From NCBI GenBank assembly GCA_964252035.1, contig CAXUOO010000297.1: 64,000 bases of DNA; one strand, written 5' to 3'. The notes beneath the pieces are model-generated. The model did not search any database. It had not been told where the DNA came from and saw nothing but the letters and a program-made list of their open reading frames with translations. Within the stretch, counting starts at the first letter, position 1. The number at the start of each line of letters is the position of its first letter. Shown one piece after another: positions 37,860 to 49,400 of this stretch. The stretch comes from Podarcis erhardii (Eukaryota). The position numbers and the translations under genes are program-made.

Positions 37860-40800
37860 GGCGTTGATTTGGGCATCTATGTTTTGTTGTAACATTGTGC
37901 AGCAGGTATGCTCGAGCGATCGAAGATGTTTGGCATCGCCAATCATTTTTCTAAAATCTTTCATGCACTACCGCAGGTTCGGTGGAATCATCTGCATAAA
38001 GGATGAGGTTTGCGGATGCAGTAAGCCGGTGACAGCTTGCATTGGGTGCCTCGAAGAGTATGAGACGATTCTGTGAGCGTGATTGTTTTTCAGCTACACT
38101 TTGTGTTGCTAAGGTGGCTTACGAGGGGCTAAACGATAGGCTTGAAGGTGTGTATTCAATCACAAAAGTGTTTTTTTCAGTTTGGAATGTAAGAGAATAT
38201 TTCGCTTGACTGGAGAAAAGATATGTAGCTTAACAAGCAGAGGTTTGTTAACGCCTGATCGTCTTCGTCTGAATATAAGTGGAAATAGATTTCTTAAGTC
38301 CACCACAATGCTGCTTCGCAACAGGTATATAGATTTTTTCATTAAGCGCACGTGCCGTTCGTAGTATCAAAGTGATTCGCAGCGTCTTTCTTAGAAGCTC
38401 TTAATATGCAACTGTTGCTCCTTTGGCCGTTCGCCAGTGTGTCGTTTTCTAGAGGTTGTCCTCAGACTCTTTCATTTCAATGCATGAGAGAAAAGCTGTT
38501 CTCAACCGCATTGTAAAAATGCTGAAGGATGTCGCTGGGTGTTGTAGAAAATCAGTCCTAGCTCGTTGGTTTGGTCGGCTGAAGCACGTGGCTTGTGGAC
38601 AGTGTATGATGCCTTGTTAGTGCACGGGAGGTTCGGCATGTAGACTATTTGTCGGCAGTGTAGAGTTCTTGGCTCACTTAGTGTGGTATCAAGAAAGACA
38701 ACTCTGCACTACTGTGCTATGGGGTCTGTTGGACGGTGTAGTTTTGGTGAGAGCAAAAGAGTAAAGTAGAAAAGAACAAACGTTCGAAGATGAGAGCAGA
38801 GTGTTCTGCAGAGAAAAGAGGCCACTGTGGGAGATTCTTTGTCGGAGACAAACGAGATGATATCATTGTACTATTACATAGACAGGCATAGGGAATGGAG
38901 ACTTTTTTTCTGTTAAGTGGTTTGTATAGCAGTATATAAGCTGTGGGCCACAGCTGCGGCCTGGTGGATGTACTTCAGGGGCTACACAAGAGCGTTTCTG
39001 CCCACGCTTGTCTGCGAATAGTTGTAAAAGGATACTGTTTTTCAGCAGAGTTTGCGAGGCTGGCATAGACATTGCGGTTCTAGAGTGAGATAAACTACTA
39101 GACCTTTCATTAAATACTGTTTGTTCTTAGGAGTCACGTTGCAAGTTTAGGGGTTTCGGTCGCAGACTGTGATATGCAATTATGATAGAATTTCGAAGTG
39201 TCGAAGGCAGAGCTTACGTCTTCCATGCCACGTCAGAGCTTTGTGTCACATCATTTGTCGAATGATTTGTAGCTAGTAAGCTTTTCTTTTGAAGTTCAGA
39301 GTACAGAAACTATCTCTAAAAAGCCGTGGTTGTATGAAATTGTCAGGACATGCCACGTAGAGCGACACGTGGTTTTGCATTCAAATTTGCGCTAGATGGG
39401 TTGAGTCAGATCATCAGCTGTGCTTTCTCCGGTCTGTATTCGCGCTTTGTTCATACACTGTAAGTGCATCTTCCAATTACTGCGCGAGAGAATAAATGTA
39501 GGAAGCTGAGATGTAGCAGCTCATGCTAGATTGAATGAGGCCGAGTTCTTTTATCATAATGGATGAGAGCGAGTTGTTCGCAGACTAGTGCGAAACTAGG
39601 ATTTATATGAATGCGAAGAAAGAATTTTGAAGGGTTCAAGAGACTGATAATGAATGTTTATCAAGAGTGAACGCGTAGACAATTGATAGCGTAAAATGAG
39701 TGTTTCGCTGTTCGAAGAATGTGAAGTAGTTGTTGCGTGAGACTCGCACTGGGTGTACTCCATTCATCTATATGAACTGAGCGGCTGAGGTATTCTTTGC
39801 GTGTTTGCTTCCTCAAACGAAAAGTGTAAATACGATAGAAGAGGTGCTTGCGATAGGCACATATTTCCACTGAAACTGATTGTCGGATTCGGAGAAATGC
39901 CAGTGTCGCTGAATAGCTGTTTTGTGGTTCTAGGTTGTTGAAGATTTTTCAACAATGGAATCAGTTTGATATGAGCAGAGAATGAGGCGTCGACGTGCCT
40001 TGTTTGTTATATCTTGTATGGATGCTGATGAATGCAAATGTGCGATGAACATGCTACATATTACGAAGGAGCTAAATCAATATCGCGGCACACTAGGCGT
40101 CAATTGTTGTGTCGATGCCCACTGGAGCTGCCTGAGTAGTGGACGTTATTAGTAAAAGTTTGTATTTTTTAGTGTGTAACAGGTTTGCTCGAGCGGTCCA
40201 AGAAGTCTTGCATCGACAGACAATTGATTCCGATGCATTGTAAACTATCGCATAGTTGGCATAGTCTGCGTGACTGATGAGAGCTGCGGATGTGATTTTC
40301 TTTTTTATGGAGATGTGAAAACAAGCTGCTGTGTTCTAAGATCACGGAATGTGTTAAGAGTGCCTCCAAATATGCATGACGCTTCGGCGCGGCGAGCGTG
40401 ATCGTTTTCAGCTTGTACATTTGTATGCTGCTTTGGCTCATAAGCGGTTTCGAGATAGACTTGAAGTTTGTCTATTTAATTACACAAATATGTTTTTCCA
40501 TTTTGTAATGTGGGAGAATATTTTGCGTGACTAGAGAAAAGAGATGTATCTCAACAAGTAGAGCGTTGTGGATGTCTGATCAGTTGTATGTTGATGAGAA
40601 AAAGTTTCTGAAAGCCACTGCGCAAGTGTTAAGTTGATCAATCCGCAGCCGTGCCGATCGTAATGTGAATGTGATTCAGAGCATTTTTTTGTAGATGCTC
40701 TTGTGAATCAGATGTCGCTTGCTTGGCCTGTCGCTAAAGTATCGTTGTCGAGAGGTTCCCCTCGACTTTTTGTTTTGATGAGATGCATGAGAGAAATGCT

Positions 40801-42430
40801 GTTCTCAGCCGCAGATTTCGAATACTGAAGAATGCAGCTTGGTTTTGCTTTTTGGTTTGTTCGGCTGAAGCACTTGGCTTATGGGAAGTGTGTGATGCCT
40901 GCTCAGTGCATCAAGGCTCGGCATGTAGTCTATTGGTTGGCAGTAGAAATTGCTTGGCTAGCACGTAGTGTGGTGTCAAGTAGTAAAATTCTGCAGAACT
41001 GCGTTATGGAGTCTGTTGGACGGTGTAGTTTTAGTGAGAGCGGGAAGAATGCGGTAGAAAACAACTAATATGCAAAGACGCGATCAGCGTGTTGTGGCGA
41101 GAAGAAAGGCAACTGAGGGAGAGTCTTCTTAGGAGGCAGACCAGGCGATATCATTGTGCTTTCAAATAGACAGGCGTAGGGAGTTCGAGCCTTCTATATG
41201 TAAAGATGTTTTGTCTAGCAGTATATATGCTGTGAACCATGAATCCGGTATGGTGAGTATATTTCAGGGGCTGCACGAAAACGTCTCTTCCTACGCTAAT
41301 CTGTGAATTATTGTAAAAGGACTCTGATTGTAAGCGAGGCTGTCAGAGACGTTACGTTTCAATTGTGGAAGGTTGGCAGAGCTGATGTTTTTCGTGTCAC
41401 GACACCTTTGTTTCACAACATTTAGCAAACGAACTGTAGCTACTAACCTCCTGTTTTGCATTCTAGAGTAGAAAGCTGGTTTTGAGCTGCAGAACATTTC
41501 ACACAGAGCGACAAGTGGTTTTGCTCTTTAAATTTCCATAGAAGTGCTGAAGTCAGATCACTATTTGTATCTTCTGAAAGGTTGTAGGTGCACCTGTTGA
41601 CTAATGCACTATTTGTATCTTCTGAAAGGTTGTAAGTGCACCTGTTGACTAATGTGGGAGAGAATAGATGTAGGACGCTGAGATGTGACCAAAAATGCTA
41701 GGATGAATAAATGATTTACATGGTATATGGCGCACAAGGGAGAATGCTGTCTTTCCTCATGTTTGGTGAGGTCGAGTCGTTTGCAGACTAGTGTAAAATT
41801 ACAATTCTCATGAAAGCAACAAAGGAGAATCCGGAAATGTTGTGGACTGATAATGAATCTTTACAAGGAAGAAACGCGTAACTTAGCTGGTAGCGTAAAA
41901 CGAATGTTTCGCTGTCTGAAGAAAGTGACGCAGTTGTGGCTTAGGAACTCATTCTGGCTATACTTCTCTCTTTTACACGAATTGAGCGGCTGAGGTTTTT
42001 TATGTATTTTCTTTTTCAACCGAACAAAGTAAATTCTACGCAGAACGTGGTGGCGGTAGGCGCTTATTTCCACTGAGAATGATTGTCGGATTCGAAGAAA
42101 CGCCGTTGTTGCCGAAGATCTGTGCTCTGGTTCTAGGTTGATGGAGATTCTTCAGCAGGGGAATTAGTTCAATATGAGCAAAGTGTAAAGAGGTGTCGAG
42201 GTGCCTTATTTCTTATGTCTCGTATAGTTGTTGTTAAGTGCGAATGTGTGATGAGCCCGCTACATATCACGAATGTACAACTACACTAGTGCGAGAGTTA
42301 TATCGTGGTTCACGAAGAGTTGATTTGTAGTACCGATACATTTTTAGAGAGGATTGGGACGACGGGGTTATCAGGGACATTAACATACTTTATAATGTGT
42401 ATCAAGTATTCGCGAACGGTCCAAAGAGCC
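37860..42430. repeat. Divergent-monomer island, copy 3
   Basis: It matches copy 1 at offset +26560 (ORF track 11304->37864, 13101->39661, 15745->42305), with more substitutions than copy 2. Confidence 0.92.
41559..41654. repeat. 48-bp tandem duplication inside D2, copy 3
   Basis: It is the same 2 x 48 bp unit at +26560. Confidence 0.97.
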
Positions 42431-42439
42431 TTGCATCGA

Positions 42440-45400
42440 CAATCAAATGAATACAGTTTATTGTACATCATCGCAAGCCAATTGGCATAATCTGCGTGAC
42501 GGATGAGGGTTGCGCGTTTTGTGTATGCTCTGTAAATGAGGAGGAGACGCTGCTGTGTTTTGCGATTCCGGAATGCGTTAAAGATGTCACCAAAGATATA
42601 TAGATGACGCTTCGGCGAGCGCGATTGTTTTCAGCTAGTATATTCGGATGCTGCATTGGCTCATAAGCGGCTCCGAAATAGACTCGGAGGGAGTTTACTT
42701 GATTACACAGATATTTGTATCCAGTTCGGAATGTGGCAGTATATTTTGCGTGACGGGAAAAACAGGACATGTATCAACAAGTAAGGCGTTGCAGATGCCT
42801 GGTCGTTTATATGTTGATGAGAACCTGTTTCTGACGGCCACTCAAGTGTTAGCATGATCAATCCGCTTGACCTGTCGAAAATGTGTCGTTGTCGAGAGAA
42901 GCTGTTCTCAGCCGCTGGTTTGATTCCGAAAGGTGTCGTTTGATGGTGCAGAAAATCAGTTCTAGATTTTTGGTTTGTTGGCTAAAGCACACGGCTTGTG
43001 GGCAGTTTGTGCCGCCTGCTTAGTGCATGGAGGTTCGGCATATAGACTATCTGTAGGGGGAGAATATACTGCTTGGCTAGCACTTAGTGCGGTACTGTAT
43101 AAGCACGTCTGCAAAACTCTGCTATAGGATCTGGTGGTCGGTGTAGTATTGGCGAGAGCAAACCGAATTTGTTGAAACTGATGATGTGCAGAGATGCGAG
43201 CAGAATGGCGCGGTGAGGAAAAAGGCAACTGCAAGAGAGTCTTCGTCTATCACAGATGAGATGATATCATAGTGCTGACTGCTTTTATATAAGCAGGGAT
43301 AAGAATTTGTGAGCTTTTTTATGTGATGGTAATTTGTGTAGCAGTTTCTACATTGTGGGCGGTAGTTGCAGTATGGTGGGTATAGGAACTGCGCAAGGGC
43401 GTTTCTTTTCAACGCTATTCGTTCAAGTAGTCAACCAAACATGTCAGCAGAATTAAACATTGGCAAAGATGTTTCGGTCATAGAAAAAGTTAAACTGCTA
43501 GACGCCTTCATATGATACTGCTTTTTTCCTGGTTTCGCGTAGCTGGCATTTCTGTTTCGGGCTTAGACTGTGACAAACAATCATGATAGAAGTTTCATTT
43601 GTAAAAAGCAGAGCGTACGGTCTGCCTGTCTCGACAGCGTTTTGTATCAGGACATTTGTTTAATGATTCATAGCGAGTGAGCTCCTGTGATGTAGTCTTG
43701 AGTAGAGAGATTGACTTGGAGGAACCGCGGTAGTATGTAAATATCTCAGAACGTATGAAAACATATGTGGTGTAGTTTTTACATATGCGGTAATTAGATT
43801 AAGGTCAGATCACATTTTGAATGCTCTGACAGCCTGTTAGAGCGTCTGTTAAGAAATGAGCGACAGAGTGAATATAGAAAGCTGAGATGTAACGGGTCAT
43901 GGCATTTTTAATAAATGATTCACACAATGAATGGCGAATATGAAAAACTGGGACTGTTTTTCATGTTTGCTGAAATCGAGTTGTTTGCAGTCAAGGCAAA
44001 ATTACAATTCGTACGATTGCGAGGAAAGAATCTGAATGGTTTGAGCGATTGACAATGAATGTTTACAAGGAAGAACCGTGTAGACTCTTGATAGCGTAAA
44101 ATGAGTGTTCCGTTGTCTGAAGAAGGTGACGTCATTAAGGCTTGGAAACTAGCTCTGTGTGTGTGAACGTCGTTCGCTTACATGAGTGGAGCGGCTGAAG
44201 AATTTTCTGTGTGTATACTTTCTCAAACAGACAACGTAGATTCTATACAGGACGTGCTGGCGGTAAGCGCGTTTTTCCAGTGAATAGATTCTAGGATTTG
44301 AAGAAGCGCTGATGTCGGCGAAGAGCTGTGCTGTAGCTTTGTGGTATTGCAGTGTCTTTCGGCAATCGTTTCAGTTCAATATGAGAAGTGAGTGATGGCG
44401 TCGATGCGTTCTGGACCTTTTATCTTTTATGATTGCTGATGAATGCGACTGTGCGATGAACATGCGACATACTAAGAAGGTACACCTGCATTAGTGCTAG
44501 ATTGGTATCGCAGACATGAGGCGATGAATTGTAGCATCGATATATCGTTTGTCATGTTTGAGAACACGGAGGTATGGGGAACATTTGCTTATTTCAAATG
44601 TGTGTCAGGTATTCTCGAGCGGTCCAAGAAGTCCTGCATCGACAATCAAATGAATACAGTTTATTGTACATCATCGCAAGCCAATTGGCATAATCTGCGT
44701 GACGGATGAGGGTTGCGCGTTTTGTGTATGCTCTGTAAATGAGGAGGAGACGCTGCTGTGTTTTGCGATTCCGGAATGCGTTAAAGATGTCACCAAAGAT
44801 ATATAGATGACGCTTCGGCGAGCGCGATTGTTTTCGGCTAGTATATTCGGATGCTGCATTGGCTCATAAGCGGCTCCGAAATAGACTCGGAGGGAGTTTA
44901 CTTGATTACACAGATATTTGTATCCAGTTTGGAACGTGGCAGTTTATAGTGCGTGATAGGAGAAATGAGATATGTTTCAACAAGTAAGGCGTTGCAGATG
45001 CCTGGTCGTTTATATGTAGATGAGAACCTGTTTCTGACGGCCACTCAAGTGTTAACATGATCAATCCGCTTGACCTGTCGAAAATGTGTCGTTGTCGAGA
45101 GAAGCTGTTCTCAGCCGCTGGTTTGATTCCGAAAGGTGTCGTTTGATGGTGCAGAAAATCAGTTCTAGATTTTTGGTTTGTTGGCTAAAGCACACGGCTT
45201 GTGGGCAGTTTGTGCCGCCTGCTTAGTGCATGGCGGTTCGGCATATAGACTATCTGTAGGGGGAGAATATACTGCTTGGCTAGCACTTAGTGCGGTACTG
45301 TATAAGCACGTCTGCAAAACTCTGCTATAGGATTTGGTGGTCGGTGTAGTATTGGCGAGAGCAAACCGAATTTGTTGAAACTGATGATGTGCAGAGATGC

Positions 45401-46440
45401 GAGCAGAATGGCGCGGTGAGGAAAAAGGCAACTGCAAGAGAGTCTTCGTCTATCACAGATGAGATGATATCATAGTGCTGACTGCTTTTATATAAGCAGG
45501 GATAAGAATTTGTGAGCTTTTTTATGTGATGGTAATTTGTGTAGCAGTTTCTACATTGTGGGCGGTAGTTGCAGTATGGTGGGTATACTTCAGGAACTGC
45601 GCAAGGGCGTTTCTTTTCAACGCTATTCGTTCAAGTAGTCAACCAAACATGTCAGCAGAATTAAACATTGGCAAAGATGTTTCGGTCATAGAAAAAGTTA
45701 AACTGCTAGACGCCTTCATATGATACTGCTTTTTTCCTGGTTTCGCGTAGCTGGCATTTCTGTTTCGGGCTTAGACTGTGACAAACAATCATGATAGAAG
45801 TTTCATTTGTAAAAAGCAGAGCGTACGGTCTGCCTGTCTCGACAGCGTTTTGTATCAGGACATTTGTTTAATGATTCATAGCGAGTGAGCTCCTGTGATG
45901 TAGTCTTGAGTAGAGAGATTGACTTGGAGGAACCGCGGTAGTATGTAAATATCTCAGAACGTATGAAAACATATGTGGTGTAGTTTTTACATATGCGGTA
46001 ATTAGATTAAGGTCAGATCACATTTTGAATGCTCTGACAGCCTGTTAGAGCGTCTGTTAAGAAATGAGCGACAGAGTGAATATAGAAAGCTGAGATGTAA
46101 CGGGTCATGGCATTTTTAATAAATGATTCACACAATGAATGGCGAATATGAAAAACTGGGACTGTTTTTCATGTTTGCTGAAATCGAGTTGTTTGCAGTC
46201 AAGGCAAAATTACAATTCGTATGATTGCGAGGAAAGAATCTGAATGGTTTGAGCGATTGACAATGAATGTTTACAAGGAAGAACCGTGTAGACTCTTGAT
46301 AGCGTAAAATGAGTGTTCCGTTGTCTGAAGAAGGTGACGTCATTAAGGCGCGGAAACTAGCTCTGTGTGTGTGAACGTCGTTCGCTTACATGAGTGGAGC
46401 GGCTGAAGAATTTTCTGTGTGTATACTTTCTCAAACAGAC
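42440..46440. repeat. Recent one-monomer duplication (body of M20 and M21)
   Basis: Rare variants recur at +2203 to +2208 (GCCAATTGGCATAATCTG, CTGTAAATGAGGAGGAG, GGTAATTAGATTAAGG). The two copies differ by the 5-bp ACTTC indel. Confidence 0.85.
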
Positions 46441-49400
46441 AACGTAGATTCTATACAGGACGTGCTGGCGGTAAGCGCGTTTTTCCAGTGAATAGATTCT
46501 GGGATTTGAAGAAACGCTGATGTCGGCGAAGAGCTGTGCTGTAGTTTTGTGGTATTGCAGTGTCTTTCGGCAATCGATTCAGTTCAATATGAGAAGTGAG
46601 TGATGGCGTCGATGCGTTCTGGACCTTTTATCTTTTATGATTGCTGATGAATGCGACTGTGCGATGAACATGCGACATACTAAGAAGGTACACCTGCATT
46701 AGTGCTAGATTGGTATCGCAGACATGAGGCGATGAATTGTAGCATCGATATATCGTTTGAGATGATTGAGAACTGGAAGATACGGGGAACATTTGCATAT
46801 TTCTAATGTGTGTCAGGTATTCTCGAGCGGTCCAAGAAGTCCTGCATCGACAATCAAATGAATACAATTTATTGTACATCGTCGCAAGTCAATTGGCATC
46901 GTCTGCGTGACGGATGAGGGTTGCGTGTTTTGTGTATGCTCTGTTGGTGATGAGGAGACGCTGCTTTGTTTTGCGATTCCGGAATGCGTTAAAGATGTCT
47001 CCAAAGATATATACATGACGCTTCGGTGAGCGCGATTGTTTTCAGCTAGTATAATCGGATGCTGCATTGGCTCATAAGCAGCTCCGAGATAGACTCGGAG
47101 GGTGCCTATTTGATTACACAAATATTTTTATCCAGTTTGGAACGTGGCAGTATATAGTGCATGATAGAAGAAAACAGATATGTATCAACAAGTAGAGCGA
47201 CGCGGATGCCTGATCGTGTACATGTGGACGAATCAAGTTTCTGAAGGCCAGTCAAGTGTTAACATGATCAATGCGCTTGACCTGTCGAAAATGTGTCGTT
47301 GTCGAGACTCGCTGTTCTCAGCCGCTGGTACAATTCTGAAAGGTGTCGCTTGATGCTGCAAAAAATCAGCTCTAGATTTTTGGATTGTTGGCTAAAACAC
47401 ACGGCTTGTGGGCAGTTTGCGCCGCCTGCTTAGTGCTTGGAAGCTCGGCATATAGACTATCTTAACGGGGAGAATATATCGCATGGCTAGCACATAGTGC
47501 AATAGTGTATAAACAAGACTGCAAACGTGTGTTATAGGATCTGGTGGTCAGTGAAGTATTGGCGAGAGCAAACCGAATTTGTTAAAAATGATGATGTGCA
47601 GAGATGCGAGCAGAATGGCGCGGTGAGGAAAAAGGCAACTGCAAGAGAGTCTTCGTCTATCACAGATGAGATGATATCATAGTGCTGACTGCTTTTATAT
47701 AAGCAGGGATAAGAGTTTGTGAGCTTTTTTATGTGATGGTAATTTGTGTAGTGGTTTCTACACTGTGGGCGGTAGTTGCAGTATGGTGGGTATACTACAG
47801 AAACTGCGCAAGGGCATTTCTTTCCAACGGTATTCGTTCAACTAGTCAACCAAACATGTCAGCAGAATTAAACATTGGCATAGATGTTTCGGTCATAGAA
47901 AAAGTTAAACTGCTAGACGCCTTCATATGATACTGCTTTTTTCCTGGTTTTGCGTAGCTGGCATTTCTGTTTCGGGCTTAGACTGTGACAAACAATTTTG
48001 AGAGAAGATTCATTTGTAAAAAGCAGAGCGTACGTTTTCCCTGTCTCGACAAAGTTTTGTAACACGACATTTGTTCAATGATCCATAGCCAGTGAGCTCC
48101 TTTGGTGTAGACTATAGTAGAGAGTCTGACTTCGAGGAACCGCGGCTGTATGTAAATCTCTCAGAATGTATGAACAGACATGTGGTTTTGTGTTTACATT
48201 TGGGATAGAGAGATTGATGTAAGATCACAATTGGATTGCTTTGACAGCCTGTAAGTGCGCTTGTCAAGAAATGAGCGACAGAGTAAATATAGAAAGCTGA
48301 GATGTAACGGTTCATGGCAGGTTTAATAAATGATTCACACAATGAATGGCGAATATGAAAAACGGGGACTCTTTTTCATATTTGGTGAAATCGAGTTGTT
48401 CGCAGTCAGGGCAAAATTACAATTCGTATGAATGCGAAGAAAGAATATGAGTGGTTTGAGCGATTGACAATGAATGTTTACAAGGAAGAACCGTGTAGAC
48501 TCTTGATAGTGCAAAATGAGTGTTTCGTTGTCTGAAGAAGGTGACGTCGCTAAGGCATGGATACTAGCTCTGTGTGGACGTCTTTCGCGTACATGAGATG
48601 AGCGGCTGAAGAATTTTCTGTGTGTATACTTTCTGAAACAAACAACGTAGATGCTATACAGGACGTGCTGGCGGTAAGCGCGTTTTTCCAGTGAGTAGAT
48701 TCTGGGATTTGAAGAAACGCTGATATCGGCAAAGAGCTGTGCTGTGGTTCTATGATTTGCAGTGTTTTTCTGCAATCGATTCAGTTCAATATGAGTAGTG
48801 AGTGAAGACGTCGATGCGTTCTAGATCTTTTATCTTTTATGGTTGCTGATGAATGCGACTGTGCGATGAACATGCGACATACTAAGAAGGTGCAACTGCA
48901 CTAGTGCTAGATTGGTATCGCGGAACATGAGGCGATGATTTGTAGCATCGATATATCGTCTGAAATGATTGAGAACCGGAGGTTACGGAGATCATTTGCT
49001 TATTTCGGGTGTGTGTCGAGTTTTTTCAAGCGGTCCAAGGAGTCTTGCATCGACAATCAGATGAATACAATTTAGTGTACATCATCGCAAATCAATTGGC
49101 ATCGTCTTCGTGACGGATGAGGGCTGCGCATTTTGTGTACGCTCTGTTGGTGATGAGAAGACGCTGCTTTGTTTTGCGTCTCCGGAATGCGTTAAAGATG
49201 TCTCCAAAGATATATAGATGACGCTTCGGCGAGCGCGATTGCTTTCAGCTAGTATATTCGGATGCTGCATTGGCTCATAAGCGGCTCCGTGATAGACTCC
49301 GAGGGAGTCTATTTGATTACACAGATATTTCTATCTAGTTTGGAACGTGGCAGTATATAGTGCGTGATAGGAGAAATGAGATATGTTTCAACAAGTAAGG

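Larger units (their letters stand above)
32837..42520. repeat. Older multi-monomer segmental duplication, copy B
   Basis: It is the counterpart of 6277-15960 at offset 26560. The boundaries are approximate. Confidence 0.85.
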
